From the IMG/VR virus record IMGVR_UViG_3300029448_000013, positions 9,263-73,262 of that record: a stretch of 64,000 nucleotides of DNA; one strand, given 5' to 3'. The translations under genes and the position numbers were made by a program. Position 1 is the stretch's first letter. Every line of letters begins with the position of its first letter. Under the pieces are notes generated by a model. It was given only the letters and a program-made list of their open reading frames with translations, made no database searches and had not been told where the DNA came from. Positions 30,570 to 38,775 of this stretch are shown piece by piece. This DNA comes from a virus.

Positions 30570-30893
30570 TCATTTTTTCTTCTCTCCTTTTGGATATGCT
30601 ACACTTCTAATTTGACCATACAATGTTTCGTAGTCTTTACGAAGTTCAGCAGCACTTGCGAGTATATCTAGATTTTTTTCACTAAATGATTTTACTTTTT
30701 TAGTAAGTAATTTATCGGACTTAACAACATCAAGTTCTTCTAGTTCTTTAATGAGGTCTTCTAACTTAGTCATCTCCTGACCCATGTATTCGTTTGGTTG
30801 AGTTGATTGTAGAAGTTTTTTAATTTTCTTCTTTTGTTTAGGCTCTAGTTTTTCTAGAAAATCTGATGCCTTCAGTATCTCCTGCCACGCCAT
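30570..30893 (-). CDS. W-tag protein (MAWQEILKA)
   Basis: 107 aa K/E/L-rich helical. Confidence 0.7.
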   Translation of the reverse strand: MAWQEILKASDFLEKLEPKQKKKIKKLLQSTQPNEYMGQEMTKLEDLIKELEELDVVKSDKLLTKKVKSFSEKNLDILASAAELRKDYETLYGQIRSVAYPKGEKKK

Positions 30894-30914
30894 ATTGTTC
30901 TCTCCTATGTATGC

Positions 30915-32033
30915 TCAGTTAATGTTGATTGCCCTTGTTTTGTTATCTTCTAGTTTAAATTTATATTTTCCTACTGTAACACTAATCAGTTTTTTCATTT
31001 TCTGATGTGTCTTGTCTAACACCGCTACTTTGGTTTCTTCTACTTCGTTGTTTCTCATGTTCAAAACCATTTCTAGAATCTCTTCAACCTTGTCTATTAA
31101 TGTAGGGATTTCTGCTGCTATACTGCGGTAGTTATCAAATATCTCTAGTTGTTGCTCATAAATTTTCTTACCTTCTTGAGTTGATTCATCTATTCTTTGT
31201 GGAAACATCACTCCTCCGATATCCACTACGTCTGCATCAACTTCTCTTCCCAATGCAAATTTCCAATTTTCATCTTCAGCATCAAGAGATTTGGTTAATG
31301 TTGATTCTTGTAACTCTTTGATTCTATCTAAGGTAAGAAGTATCTCTCTCATTTTTGTCAATAGTATATCAGGGTTTTCAGGAAGATTATCAATATCTAT
31401 TTCTTCAGTTTTTTCTAACATAGAAGTAACCTTGTCTAATGCTCCTCTAGTCATTTTTTTACCCGTAAGCAATCCTCTTGGCATATCAGCAGCCGCTTCA
31501 AAAAACTCTCTTAATATTTCAAGAGATTCTTTACCGTTGTATGTTTTTTCTACCTGAGTATCAAAAGCATCAGTGTCACCTGAAATTGTTATTCCTAAAT
31601 CTTCAGCATCCCGAAAGAATAGTTCCAACAAATTGTTTGGTGCAGTTTTTTGTATAATACTCTGATAAAAATTATCTATCTTTTCTTTACTTCTAGTTCT
31701 AGGTATGAGATATGATTTGCTAAATTCTATCATTGTTCCACGCATATCTGAATCAGTAACATCAGCAGTTCTACTAAATCTTTCTAGAATCTCTGTCCAC
31801 ATTGTAACAGTAGTTGCTAACGCATCTGCTCTTTCCTTTGCTGCTTCTGATTGTCGGGCTGCTTGTTCTGATTCTTTAGCCTCTTTTTCTGATTGTCGTT
31901 TATCCCTTGCTTCTACTTGCTTAGGAGTTAACTGGCGTATTCCTTCGTCAGTATCTTCTTCTGTTTCAGCAGTGAAATCAGTAATATCAAGCGATTTCTT
32001 TTTACGCAAGATATCCATAAAATCCTGCGACAT
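30915..32033 (-). CDS. Acidic helical protein with variant tag (MSQDFMDILRK)
   Basis: 372 aa E/D/K-rich ORF. Confidence 0.65.
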   Translation of the reverse strand: MSQDFMDILRKKKSLDITDFTAETEEDTDEGIRQLTPKQVEARDKRQSEKEAKESEQAARQSEAAKERADALATTVTMWTEILERFSRTADVTDSDMRGTMIEFSKSYLIPRTRSKEKIDNFYQSIIQKTAPNNLLELFFRDAEDLGITISGDTDAFDTQVEKTYNGKESLEILREFFEAAADMPRGLLTGKKMTRGALDKVTSMLEKTEEIDIDNLPENPDILLTKMREILLTLDRIKELQESTLTKSLDAEDENWKFALGREVDADVVDIGGVMFPQRIDESTQEGKKIYEQQLEIFDNYRSIAAEIPTLIDKVEEILEMVLNMRNNEVEETKVAVLDKTHQKMKKLISVTVGKYKFKLEDNKTRAININ

Positions 32034-32038
32034 CTAAA

Positions 32039-32269
32039 TCATCCCCAAGGATTGTTTGGTGTTTTTGACCTCTTCTTTTTAGGCAGTAAAATAGCATCGG
32101 GAACATCTCTTGTATCAGGAGATTTCTTTTCCACAGCATTAGGGTCAATACCACCAACAGAATAATCTCTGTTCTTAGTGGCATTCCTACTGTGGTGAGC
32201 ATATTGCTCTGCTCTTGCGTTCGCTAGTTCCCTTTCTAATTCTTTTACTCCTTTCTTTTTTTCTGTCAT
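32039..32269 (-). CDS. Small basic hypothetical protein
   Basis: 76 aa, ATGA-coupled to the upstream gene. Confidence 0.6.
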   Translation of the reverse strand: MTEKKKGVKELERELANARAEQYAHHSRNATKNRDYSVGGIDPNAVEKKSPDTRDVPDAILLPKKKRSKTPNNPWG

Positions 32270-32517
32270 TTCTTTTCCTCCCTTAATTGTTTGAAATCTT
32301 CTCTATCGATGTCTCCATCCTTGTCTTTATCTAGTTTCTTTTGTCCACCATAAAGTGTCTTTTCCATTTCTTCAGCAACAGCAGGGTCAACTGGATGTTC
32401 TCTTGCTTCATGCATATCTCTAGCAGGTTTGATTTTACCTTCTTCTGTATCCATCATATCTCCACCATCATCAGGCATTGGCATGTCAATTTGTTTGATT
32501 ACATTCCACCAGTTCAT
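32266..32517 (-). CDS. W-tag protein (MNWWNVIKQ) with EF-hand-like loop
   Basis: LDKDKDGDIDREDF matches a DxDxDG Ca-binding loop. Confidence 0.7.
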   Translation of the reverse strand: MNWWNVIKQIDMPMPDDGGDMMDTEEGKIKPARDMHEAREHPVDPAVAEEMEKTLYGGQKKLDKDKDGDIDREDFKQLREEKK

Positions 32518-32522
32518 CTCTC

Positions 32523-32810
32523 TCACCACAGTTTTTTACATGCTAGGCACTTGGGGGTAGTAATTCTACCTTTACATTGGTCACAGTTATGCCTTGCTCT
32601 GAAATTCTTTCTCCTAGCAGGGTCTTTGTGTGTTCCACCACCACGATTCTTACCCTTTCTCTTGTAATTACCGTAGCCTTTAGCACCAGCATGAATCTTC
32701 TTTCCTTCATGAGTTAGCATCATTATCTTCTTACCATCTCTGTCAGAAGGATAAACAGTGCCAACTCTCATGTCTTCCTTATCTTTCTTAACTACTGTAA
32801 ACCAACTCAT
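32523..32810 (-). CDS. W-tag basic protein (MSWFTVVKK), DUF5754-like
   Basis: IHAGAKGYGNY...HKDPARRKNFRARHNC resembles a widespread viral basic family. Confidence 0.6.
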   Translation of the reverse strand: MSWFTVVKKDKEDMRVGTVYPSDRDGKKIMMLTHEGKKIHAGAKGYGNYKRKGKNRGGGTHKDPARRKNFRARHNCDQCKGRITTPKCLACKKLW

Positions 32811-33779
32811 CTAACCCCTCCTCTTGAACCAGCCATGAAGACCCTCATCTTTTTCTCGGCTAAACGTTCCAGCCTTTCTTTTCTTCGGTTTCCCGCCTCT
32901 TCTCTTGTAATCCTTACAAGCAGAACAAGTTGGACGACATCTTCTCTTTGTTCCTTTTGAAGCATCTTTTCTACCACACGATTCTGTTCCGGGTTTGTCA
33001 TCATCACAAGAAGCACAACTAACCCAATCTTTCACTAGCATATCTTCCCAAGATTTTTTGACATCCCTATCTAAATACGCATCAGCAATTAGAAGCCCTG
33101 CTTCCTTTCCAATTTCGATGTCGCTTGGATAATGGCTGCCCATTTTAACTCTTGATAGTGATATCTTCCCGGCAAGTTTCATCAACTCCTCCTCTTTGTC
33201 AGGATACTCCTTACCTAAAATCTTGGCTAATGCATAGGCTTCCATCGCATGACCGCTTGGAAAGGATGGACTATCATCTGTATCGGTTGTGGACTCTATC
33301 TTGTCTGAAATCTCATATGGTCTTGGTCTTCCGTATTTCACTTTGAGTTTGATTGTATGGATATCGATATCCTCAATCAAATCCTCTCTATCCTCCTTAC
33401 TCTCACCAACAACCTTCAACATCATCTCGTTATTGCTTTCGTCTAGGTCTTCCATTTCTTCATCATCAATCTTGTTAGCGTTCATCATAGCGAGAACTTT
33501 AGGAAGTTCCTTCTCATTCTCAGGATGTTTATAGTCAGGGAAGTCTACATCGAATGAAGGCTCAGACTCAAACAGTCTCCTCTTTTCCTCTGACAGATTC
33601 TTAGGAGTGTATTTTGATTCTGCTTTCTTCACCGAGTTACCCCAATTAGCAGCACCAACCTTTCTACACTGTACTAATGCACCTGAAGCATAAGCAGAAG
33701 GCCACTTCTTGTATCTGCTTCTGACCTTGCGATAACAAGCATCTTTCTCTTTTTTTAATTCCTCAAACCAAAGAGTCAT
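32811..33779 (-). CDS. W-tag protein (MTLWFEELKK) containing a PAP2-superfamily phosphatase
   Basis: KxxxxRPRP, PSFPSGH and SRxxxGxHYPSD motifs, flanked by basic Cys-containing domains (WPSAYASGALVQCRK); GGAGG RBS. Confidence 0.8.
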   Translation of the reverse strand: MTLWFEELKKEKDACYRKVRSRYKKWPSAYASGALVQCRKVGAANWGNSVKKAESKYTPKNLSEEKRRLFESEPSFDVDFPDYKHPENEKELPKVLAMMNANKIDDEEMEDLDESNNEMMLKVVGESKEDREDLIEDIDIHTIKLKVKYGRPRPYEISDKIESTTDTDDSPSFPSGHAMEAYALAKILGKEYPDKEEELMKLAGKISLSRVKMGSHYPSDIEIGKEAGLLIADAYLDRDVKKSWEDMLVKDWVSCASCDDDKPGTESCGRKDASKGTKRRCRPTCSACKDYKRRGGKPKKRKAGTFSREKDEGLHGWFKRRG

Positions 33780-33879
33780 GCTTTTCCTCCAAATATTTCC
33801 TGATTCTTTCATCTGTTTCTGCATTGAGTCTGTCTATTTCTTTCTTCCACATTTTGACAAACTCAAGTATGTCACTCAA
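33763..33879 (-). CDS. Possible 38-aa protein coupled to the portal stop
   Basis: TTG start overlapping the portal TGA; MSDILEFVKMWKKEIDRLNAE... helical. Confidence 0.35.
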   Translation of the reverse strand: MSDILEFVKMWKKEIDRLNAETDERIRKYLEEKHDSLV

Positions 33880-35501
33880 CCTACTCTCCTCTCTGTTCGT
33901 GAATCAACATTCTGATTACCCGCTTCTTGTGGTAATCCTGTAAATCTCTTGTCAGGGCCAGTTTCCATAGACGGTTTGTTTCTAGTTTCTCCACCGCCTT
34001 GACCCACCAATTGTTGTTCTTGTAATTGCCCAAGTTGGCTTGCATCAATGTCTGTTCCTGCGTATGGGTCAGTTTCTACTTCTCCCTCTGCTCCTTCTTG
34101 CGGTGGTGCTTCAGGTTTAGGGTCAGGTTTCTTGAAGGTGAATCTACCTTCATCATCCATATCGACCTCAAACCCTAGATTCTTAATTGATGCTGCTACG
34201 TTAACTTCAATCTCCCTCTTTCGTAGTTTAGCAATCTCATCCTCTTCCTCTGATGGAGGTAGTTTCAACTGCCAATCTGTAATTCCGAATTCCTTAGTCA
34301 TAAATGGAAACACATAATTATTCCAAATAGTCTGTGCCATTTCCACTGCTCTATTAGTTACGAGTATCTGCATACCCTCGTTATTCAAACCACCACTGGC
34401 AGAGTTGTCTGCCATGAAGATTTTACTCACACCATAGAAAGCAGCAATCCTATCTCTCAAGTCTTCTTTGACTTGTATGTAATCCATTTCTTTCAGACTA
34501 TCCATGAACTTGACCCATTCGACACCTCCTTTTCCTTCACCTTCTATTCCCATTACAGGAATGAAGTGTGGGTCTTGTTCCATCTTCTCCTTTACACCAC
34601 GCCAAAATGATTTCATTGACTCCATGTTTCTAGTTTGTACAGTCAATATTCCTCTTGGCATTCTCGCTTTGGTATATGATGAGTTGACATAGTTTTCCAT
34701 TGCAATCAGAGTTGTGATATGATTCCAAAGAGTCATGATAGGTGATTGTCCATATAATCTTGAAGGAGAATATTTACTGAAATGTAGGACTTCCCCTTCA
34801 ATGAATGCCTGTTCCTGACCATTGGCCCTATTCACATAATGCACTGGATGTAGTTCAGAACCGCACATCTCACAAGAATCACTCATGCTTCTACTGATAT
34901 TGTTTCTATGTGTTAAGCAAGTATATCCTTCACTTCCTCTTTCACCATTTTCATCTGCATAGATATGCATACTAACAGGGTCTCCTCGATAGACTTCCTT
35001 TATTCGGTGCATTCTGATATCACCATTTCCATCTAAGAAGTATTCCTTTACCATTACCATATATGCATCGTCCATGATATTCAAATCATCTTCCATCTCT
35101 TTCAAAACATCAACGAATAATTGTTCACCTTTGTTTACATAACCGTCTAATAGTTTCTCAATATACTTCAATTGGCTTCTATCCGGTTTGATTAGATTCG
35201 TACTCCCACATTCAACACATTCTGTTACAGCCTGTTTGTGTTCTCTTCCACAATCACCACAACGTGCAGTGAATTTTTCTTCCCAAATATATCCTCTTCT
35301 GAATATTTCATTCTTCAGTTGCGTTATGCACGTTCTAGCAATCACGGACTGATAAGTAACGTGATAGATTATTGGTGCAGTAATCAAGTACGAAGTATCC
35401 TTCTCTTGAATACCCGGATTGTATATCGTTCGGTCTTGTGGCTTCGGTGTTGTTCTGCGAGTTAATCGCCTAAACAACGAGGGTTTGTTTTCTTCTACCA
35501 T
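33876..35501 (-). CDS. Portal protein with Zn-ribbon insertions
   Basis: EVLHF...SRLYGQSPI, MPRGIL, IAAFYGVS portal motifs; extra CGDC..CVEC and C..H..CEMC segments. Confidence 0.85.
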   Translation of the reverse strand: MVEENKPSLFRRLTRRTTPKPQDRTIYNPGIQEKDTSYLITAPIIYHVTYQSVIARTCITQLKNEIFRRGYIWEEKFTARCGDCGREHKQAVTECVECGSTNLIKPDRSQLKYIEKLLDGYVNKGEQLFVDVLKEMEDDLNIMDDAYMVMVKEYFLDGNGDIRMHRIKEVYRGDPVSMHIYADENGERGSEGYTCLTHRNNISRSMSDSCEMCGSELHPVHYVNRANGQEQAFIEGEVLHFSKYSPSRLYGQSPIMTLWNHITTLIAMENYVNSSYTKARMPRGILTVQTRNMESMKSFWRGVKEKMEQDPHFIPVMGIEGEGKGGVEWVKFMDSLKEMDYIQVKEDLRDRIAAFYGVSKIFMADNSASGGLNNEGMQILVTNRAVEMAQTIWNNYVFPFMTKEFGITDWQLKLPPSEEEDEIAKLRKREIEVNVAASIKNLGFEVDMDDEGRFTFKKPDPKPEAPPQEGAEGEVETDPYAGTDIDASQLGQLQEQQLVGQGGGETRNKPSMETGPDKRFTGLPQEAGNQNVDSRTERRVG

Positions 35502-35502
35502 T

Positions 35503-36840
35503 TTATTCATCCTCGTTCTTCACTATGGATTCTAATTTATCCATTGTTGACATCTTATCGTTGTCGTAGTATTTTACAACGCTGTCTATGTCAATTTCAT
35601 ACTTTGCGAAATCATAGTTCTTATCATCCTTGTGATTTTCATATTTCATGAGTTTGAATAATTCTACCTTTCTAGCCTTGTACCATCCTGCTTTCTTATG
35701 GCTCTTTTTCATGCGAAGTAGTTCTACTAATATCTCAGCATTTTTCTTCTTCAATCTGAAATATGGCATACATTTGCTTAGTATCTCACCGACATCTTTC
35801 CTAGAGTAGAAGTTTAACCTATTAATTGGTTTAGTATCTTGTGGAGATTTTTGGTCTAGATGTAGTCTACCACATCCTAGAGACTTGTGCATCTCTAACA
35901 TGAATGCTTTACCTCTATCCCCTGTTGCAACTAATCCTACTCTTGGGTTGTGATTCTTATCCATTGTAATGTAGCCATCAGAATCAATAAATGCAGCAGT
36001 ATAAGCATAGATGTCTTTCTTTATCTCGTCACTCATTTTATACAATGCACCATCGACAACAGTTACATTTGCAGAACGTGCCATTTTTGAAATCATAGAA
36101 GGAGAGGATTTCCTAAAAAGATTCTGAGGCAATCTCTCATGTATTTGTCTTGCTGATATTCCCTGCTCTTCACTGACTAGTTTTACTATGTGTCTTTTGA
36201 TAAGTTCCTTTGGCCCAATATTTACCACATACTTTCTGATACGGCTGTTAACCTTCCTCTTACTGTTAGTCATATCCTTAGACAACTTAGCATATTCTTC
36301 CCCATATGCCATATCATCTCTATCTAATCTAGATTCCCAATATTTACAAAGTGTATCTACTATATCTCTACGAGTAGATGCATCATGAATTAAAGACAGT
36401 TTAATGATATTCTCTTCTGATAATGTCATATCTTTCAATGCAGGTTTGTATTTCTTAATCCAGTATATTTTGTTGATGCTTTCATCTAGATGTGAAGAGT
36501 ATGCATCAATTAGATTCTCTATCGATTTAGTCACTGCAAGTTTTGGTTCTCCTTTCAGTGTTCTTCGATATACTTTGAGTTCCTTAATCATGAGTGGAAT
36601 ATCTTTACCTTCTATTTCATATTTTTTCAAATCGTTTCTTATTGCTTTTCTAGCATCTGAAAGACCTACATTATAATGCTCTGCAAATCTTTTCTCTAAT
36701 TCAAAATGACTACTCAAGGGCTGTTCTTCTAACCATTGACTTTTGAGTTCAGAGGTAAGTGTTTTCTGTCTCTCTCGAAGTTCTTCTTCTTCGTCAGCGA
36801 GTTCCGCCACTTCTCTGAGTTTGTCTCCTTTTTCACTCAT
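35503..36840 (-). CDS. Protein with C-terminal LAGLIDADG endonuclease-like domain
   Basis: YAYTAAFIDSDGYI motif followed by LGCG and PYFRLKK; wHTH-like GISARQIHERL; long helical N-terminus. Confidence 0.75.
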   Translation of the reverse strand: MSEKGDKLREVAELADEEEELRERQKTLTSELKSQWLEEQPLSSHFELEKRFAEHYNVGLSDARKAIRNDLKKYEIEGKDIPLMIKELKVYRRTLKGEPKLAVTKSIENLIDAYSSHLDESINKIYWIKKYKPALKDMTLSEENIIKLSLIHDASTRRDIVDTLCKYWESRLDRDDMAYGEEYAKLSKDMTNSKRKVNSRIRKYVVNIGPKELIKRHIVKLVSEEQGISARQIHERLPQNLFRKSSPSMISKMARSANVTVVDGALYKMSDEIKKDIYAYTAAFIDSDGYITMDKNHNPRVGLVATGDRGKAFMLEMHKSLGCGRLHLDQKSPQDTKPINRLNFYSRKDVGEILSKCMPYFRLKKKNAEILVELLRMKKSHKKAGWYKARKVELFKLMKYENHKDDKNYDFAKYEIDIDSVVKYYDNDKMSTMDKLESIVKNEDE

Positions 36841-36849
36841 ACTCTCACC

Positions 36850-38286
36850 TCAAAAATTCATACCCAATACACCGGGTACACTACGCCGAGTGGTAGTAGG
36901 TTCATCAAAGATGTCCAAGTCATCTAGTAAAACAAATTGATTTCCTGTTCCTTGTGAAGCGGCATTTGCTAATGCCAAACTCATAACCAAATCGTCATGT
37001 GCGCCAACTCCCTCGAACTTTCCTGATGCTGTTATCGAGAACATTGAAAGTTCTTCAACCAAAGCACCTGTAAGTCTTCTACTTGCGTTATCACCATACG
37101 GCATAATTATTTTTTGATTCTCAATATTCATCTGAAGATTTAGAATTATTTCCTGTTTATTTTTTCTCGTTGTGTTGAAATCTCTAATATTCAAATCAGT
37201 CATGCTCTTCAACTCTTGAGTAAAAGCCTTTGCAAAAGTGTTAGTCTCAAACAAAATTTCCTCCGGCTCAAACACTTTACCAATCAATCTAATCTTCTCT
37301 ATGTTTTCTCTGAACTCTATGTTCTTCGCTCTGTCTACATGAACAATTGCTTTGTTCTGCTCATCATCAACTTCTAGAACCGTAATAACATTGTAGTCAC
37401 CATCAGTAGAAATAGCAGGGTCAACACCAACATAGTATCTGTAACCCTTGTCCTTTCTGTTTCCAAGTTTCAAAACATATTCTCTGTTTTTACATTTCTC
37501 TATGAACTCAGGATTAAACAAAGCAGTTCCAGTAGAAATAGGAACACATAGATATTCTCTTGTAAATTTAAGAGAACCTATCTCAGCCTTTCTTTGCATC
37601 AACGCATCATATGCCCAACGCTCAGGCCAAAGTGGTTCGTTCAAAGCATTGAGACACGGATATTTCGTTACAGTGTATGCTGCATTTTCTTCTAACTGTG
37701 CAAATATATCCGTATAAGTAAATGGAGTTCCTATCATTCTGAGTTTAGATGTGTGGTGTAGAGTTGGTATCATGTCACCAAAGAACCAGTCAGTAACTCT
37801 CTGAATACCAGCGAGGCTGAACTCCTTCAAGGGGTCGTCAATGATAATTTCTTGTGGGTGAAGACCACGAATCTGAGAACCAACGGAACGCTCAAGAATC
37901 GCATTGCCATTGGTTAACTGAATATTCCCAATTGCCCATCCACGACTAGGTTTGAATTGTTTTAATGCTGGCAGGTTGAAATACCTGTCAATTTCCCTCA
38001 TGTGAACGAGTGTCTGCTTTTGGTTAGATGAGATGTAAAGCATTTGATATGGTGGTTCTTGAAACACAAGATTCCACACTACCCAACTGTGCATAAACAC
38101 AGATTTTCCGTGGTCTCTTGAGCAAATAATAACTGTACGGTCAGTCTTATCCATTGAGTCTAGCCACTCTTTCATGTACTCAGGATACATCATCCCTAGA
38201 ACATTTTGAAAGAAATAAGGAAAAGAGTTTTTTGACAGTTCCATATCCATGCTAGATACAAAATCTAAGTTGTTTATCTCAGCCAT
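36850..38286 (-). CDS. terL: Terminase large subunit
   Basis: Walker A SRDHGKS, Walker B IIIDD, coupling motif GTP, nuclease GVDPA and HDDLVMSLALA. Confidence 0.92.
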   Translation of the reverse strand: MAEINNLDFVSSMDMELSKNSFPYFFQNVLGMMYPEYMKEWLDSMDKTDRTVIICSRDHGKSVFMHSWVVWNLVFQEPPYQMLYISSNQKQTLVHMREIDRYFNLPALKQFKPSRGWAIGNIQLTNGNAILERSVGSQIRGLHPQEIIIDDPLKEFSLAGIQRVTDWFFGDMIPTLHHTSKLRMIGTPFTYTDIFAQLEENAAYTVTKYPCLNALNEPLWPERWAYDALMQRKAEIGSLKFTREYLCVPISTGTALFNPEFIEKCKNREYVLKLGNRKDKGYRYYVGVDPAISTDGDYNVITVLEVDDEQNKAIVHVDRAKNIEFRENIEKIRLIGKVFEPEEILFETNTFAKAFTQELKSMTDLNIRDFNTTRKNKQEIILNLQMNIENQKIIMPYGDNASRRLTGALVEELSMFSITASGKFEGVGAHDDLVMSLALANAASQGTGNQFVLLDDLDIFDEPTTTRRSVPGVLGMNF

Positions 38287-38771
38287 CAGAGAACACCCCT
38301 AATGAATGGATAAAACCATGAAGTGTTCTTCATTATTCCCCAATCATCTCCGTAACGCTCTCGAAATTTATCTACAATTTCTTCAGGAACTCCCATTAAG
38401 TCTTCAGTTTGAAATCCTGCTCTTCTGTTCATTGAAACCCACTGACCCTGTGGCACTTTGCTTGAACGTAGACCAACTAACTTTGGCTTACCAACAAACT
38501 TGTCTTTCCTGTAATCCAAAAGGGCTTTCCAGTTACCGCCACCTTTAGGTTGATTTTTTGCTCTAGCCTTCAGACCTCCGAAGATAACATAATCTCCCAT
38601 ATCAGTGTATCCGGCCATCCCAACTACTTCACCATCAACAGTACGAAGAATCCAATTTTCAATATTATACCATGATGGTGCTTTTCTTACAAACGGGTCT
38701 TCGGGATTATCCCTGTTCCACATGAGAATAGCATCTCTTTCAGAGACCTCTTTGAAATTAACGTCTGCCAT
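38286..38771 (-). CDS. GNAT-fold-like protein
   Basis: VDGEVVGMAGY...GGGNWKALL...RRAGF pattern; GGTGAGG RBS before MADVNF. Confidence 0.45.
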   Translation of the reverse strand: MADVNFKEVSERDAILMWNRDNPEDPFVRKAPSWYNIENWILRTVDGEVVGMAGYTDMGDYVIFGGLKARAKNQPKGGGNWKALLDYRKDKFVGKPKLVGLRSSKVPQGQWVSMNRRAGFQTEDLMGVPEEIVDKFRERYGDDWGIMKNTSWFYPFIRGVL

Positions 38772-38775
38772 TTCC

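Noticed and set aside
33876-38286. Intein or group I intron associated with the LAGLIDADG ORF
   Set aside because: terL and portal have normal lengths and continuous motifs; no intein terminal HN-C/S/T motif seen; nrdJ also looks uninterrupted.
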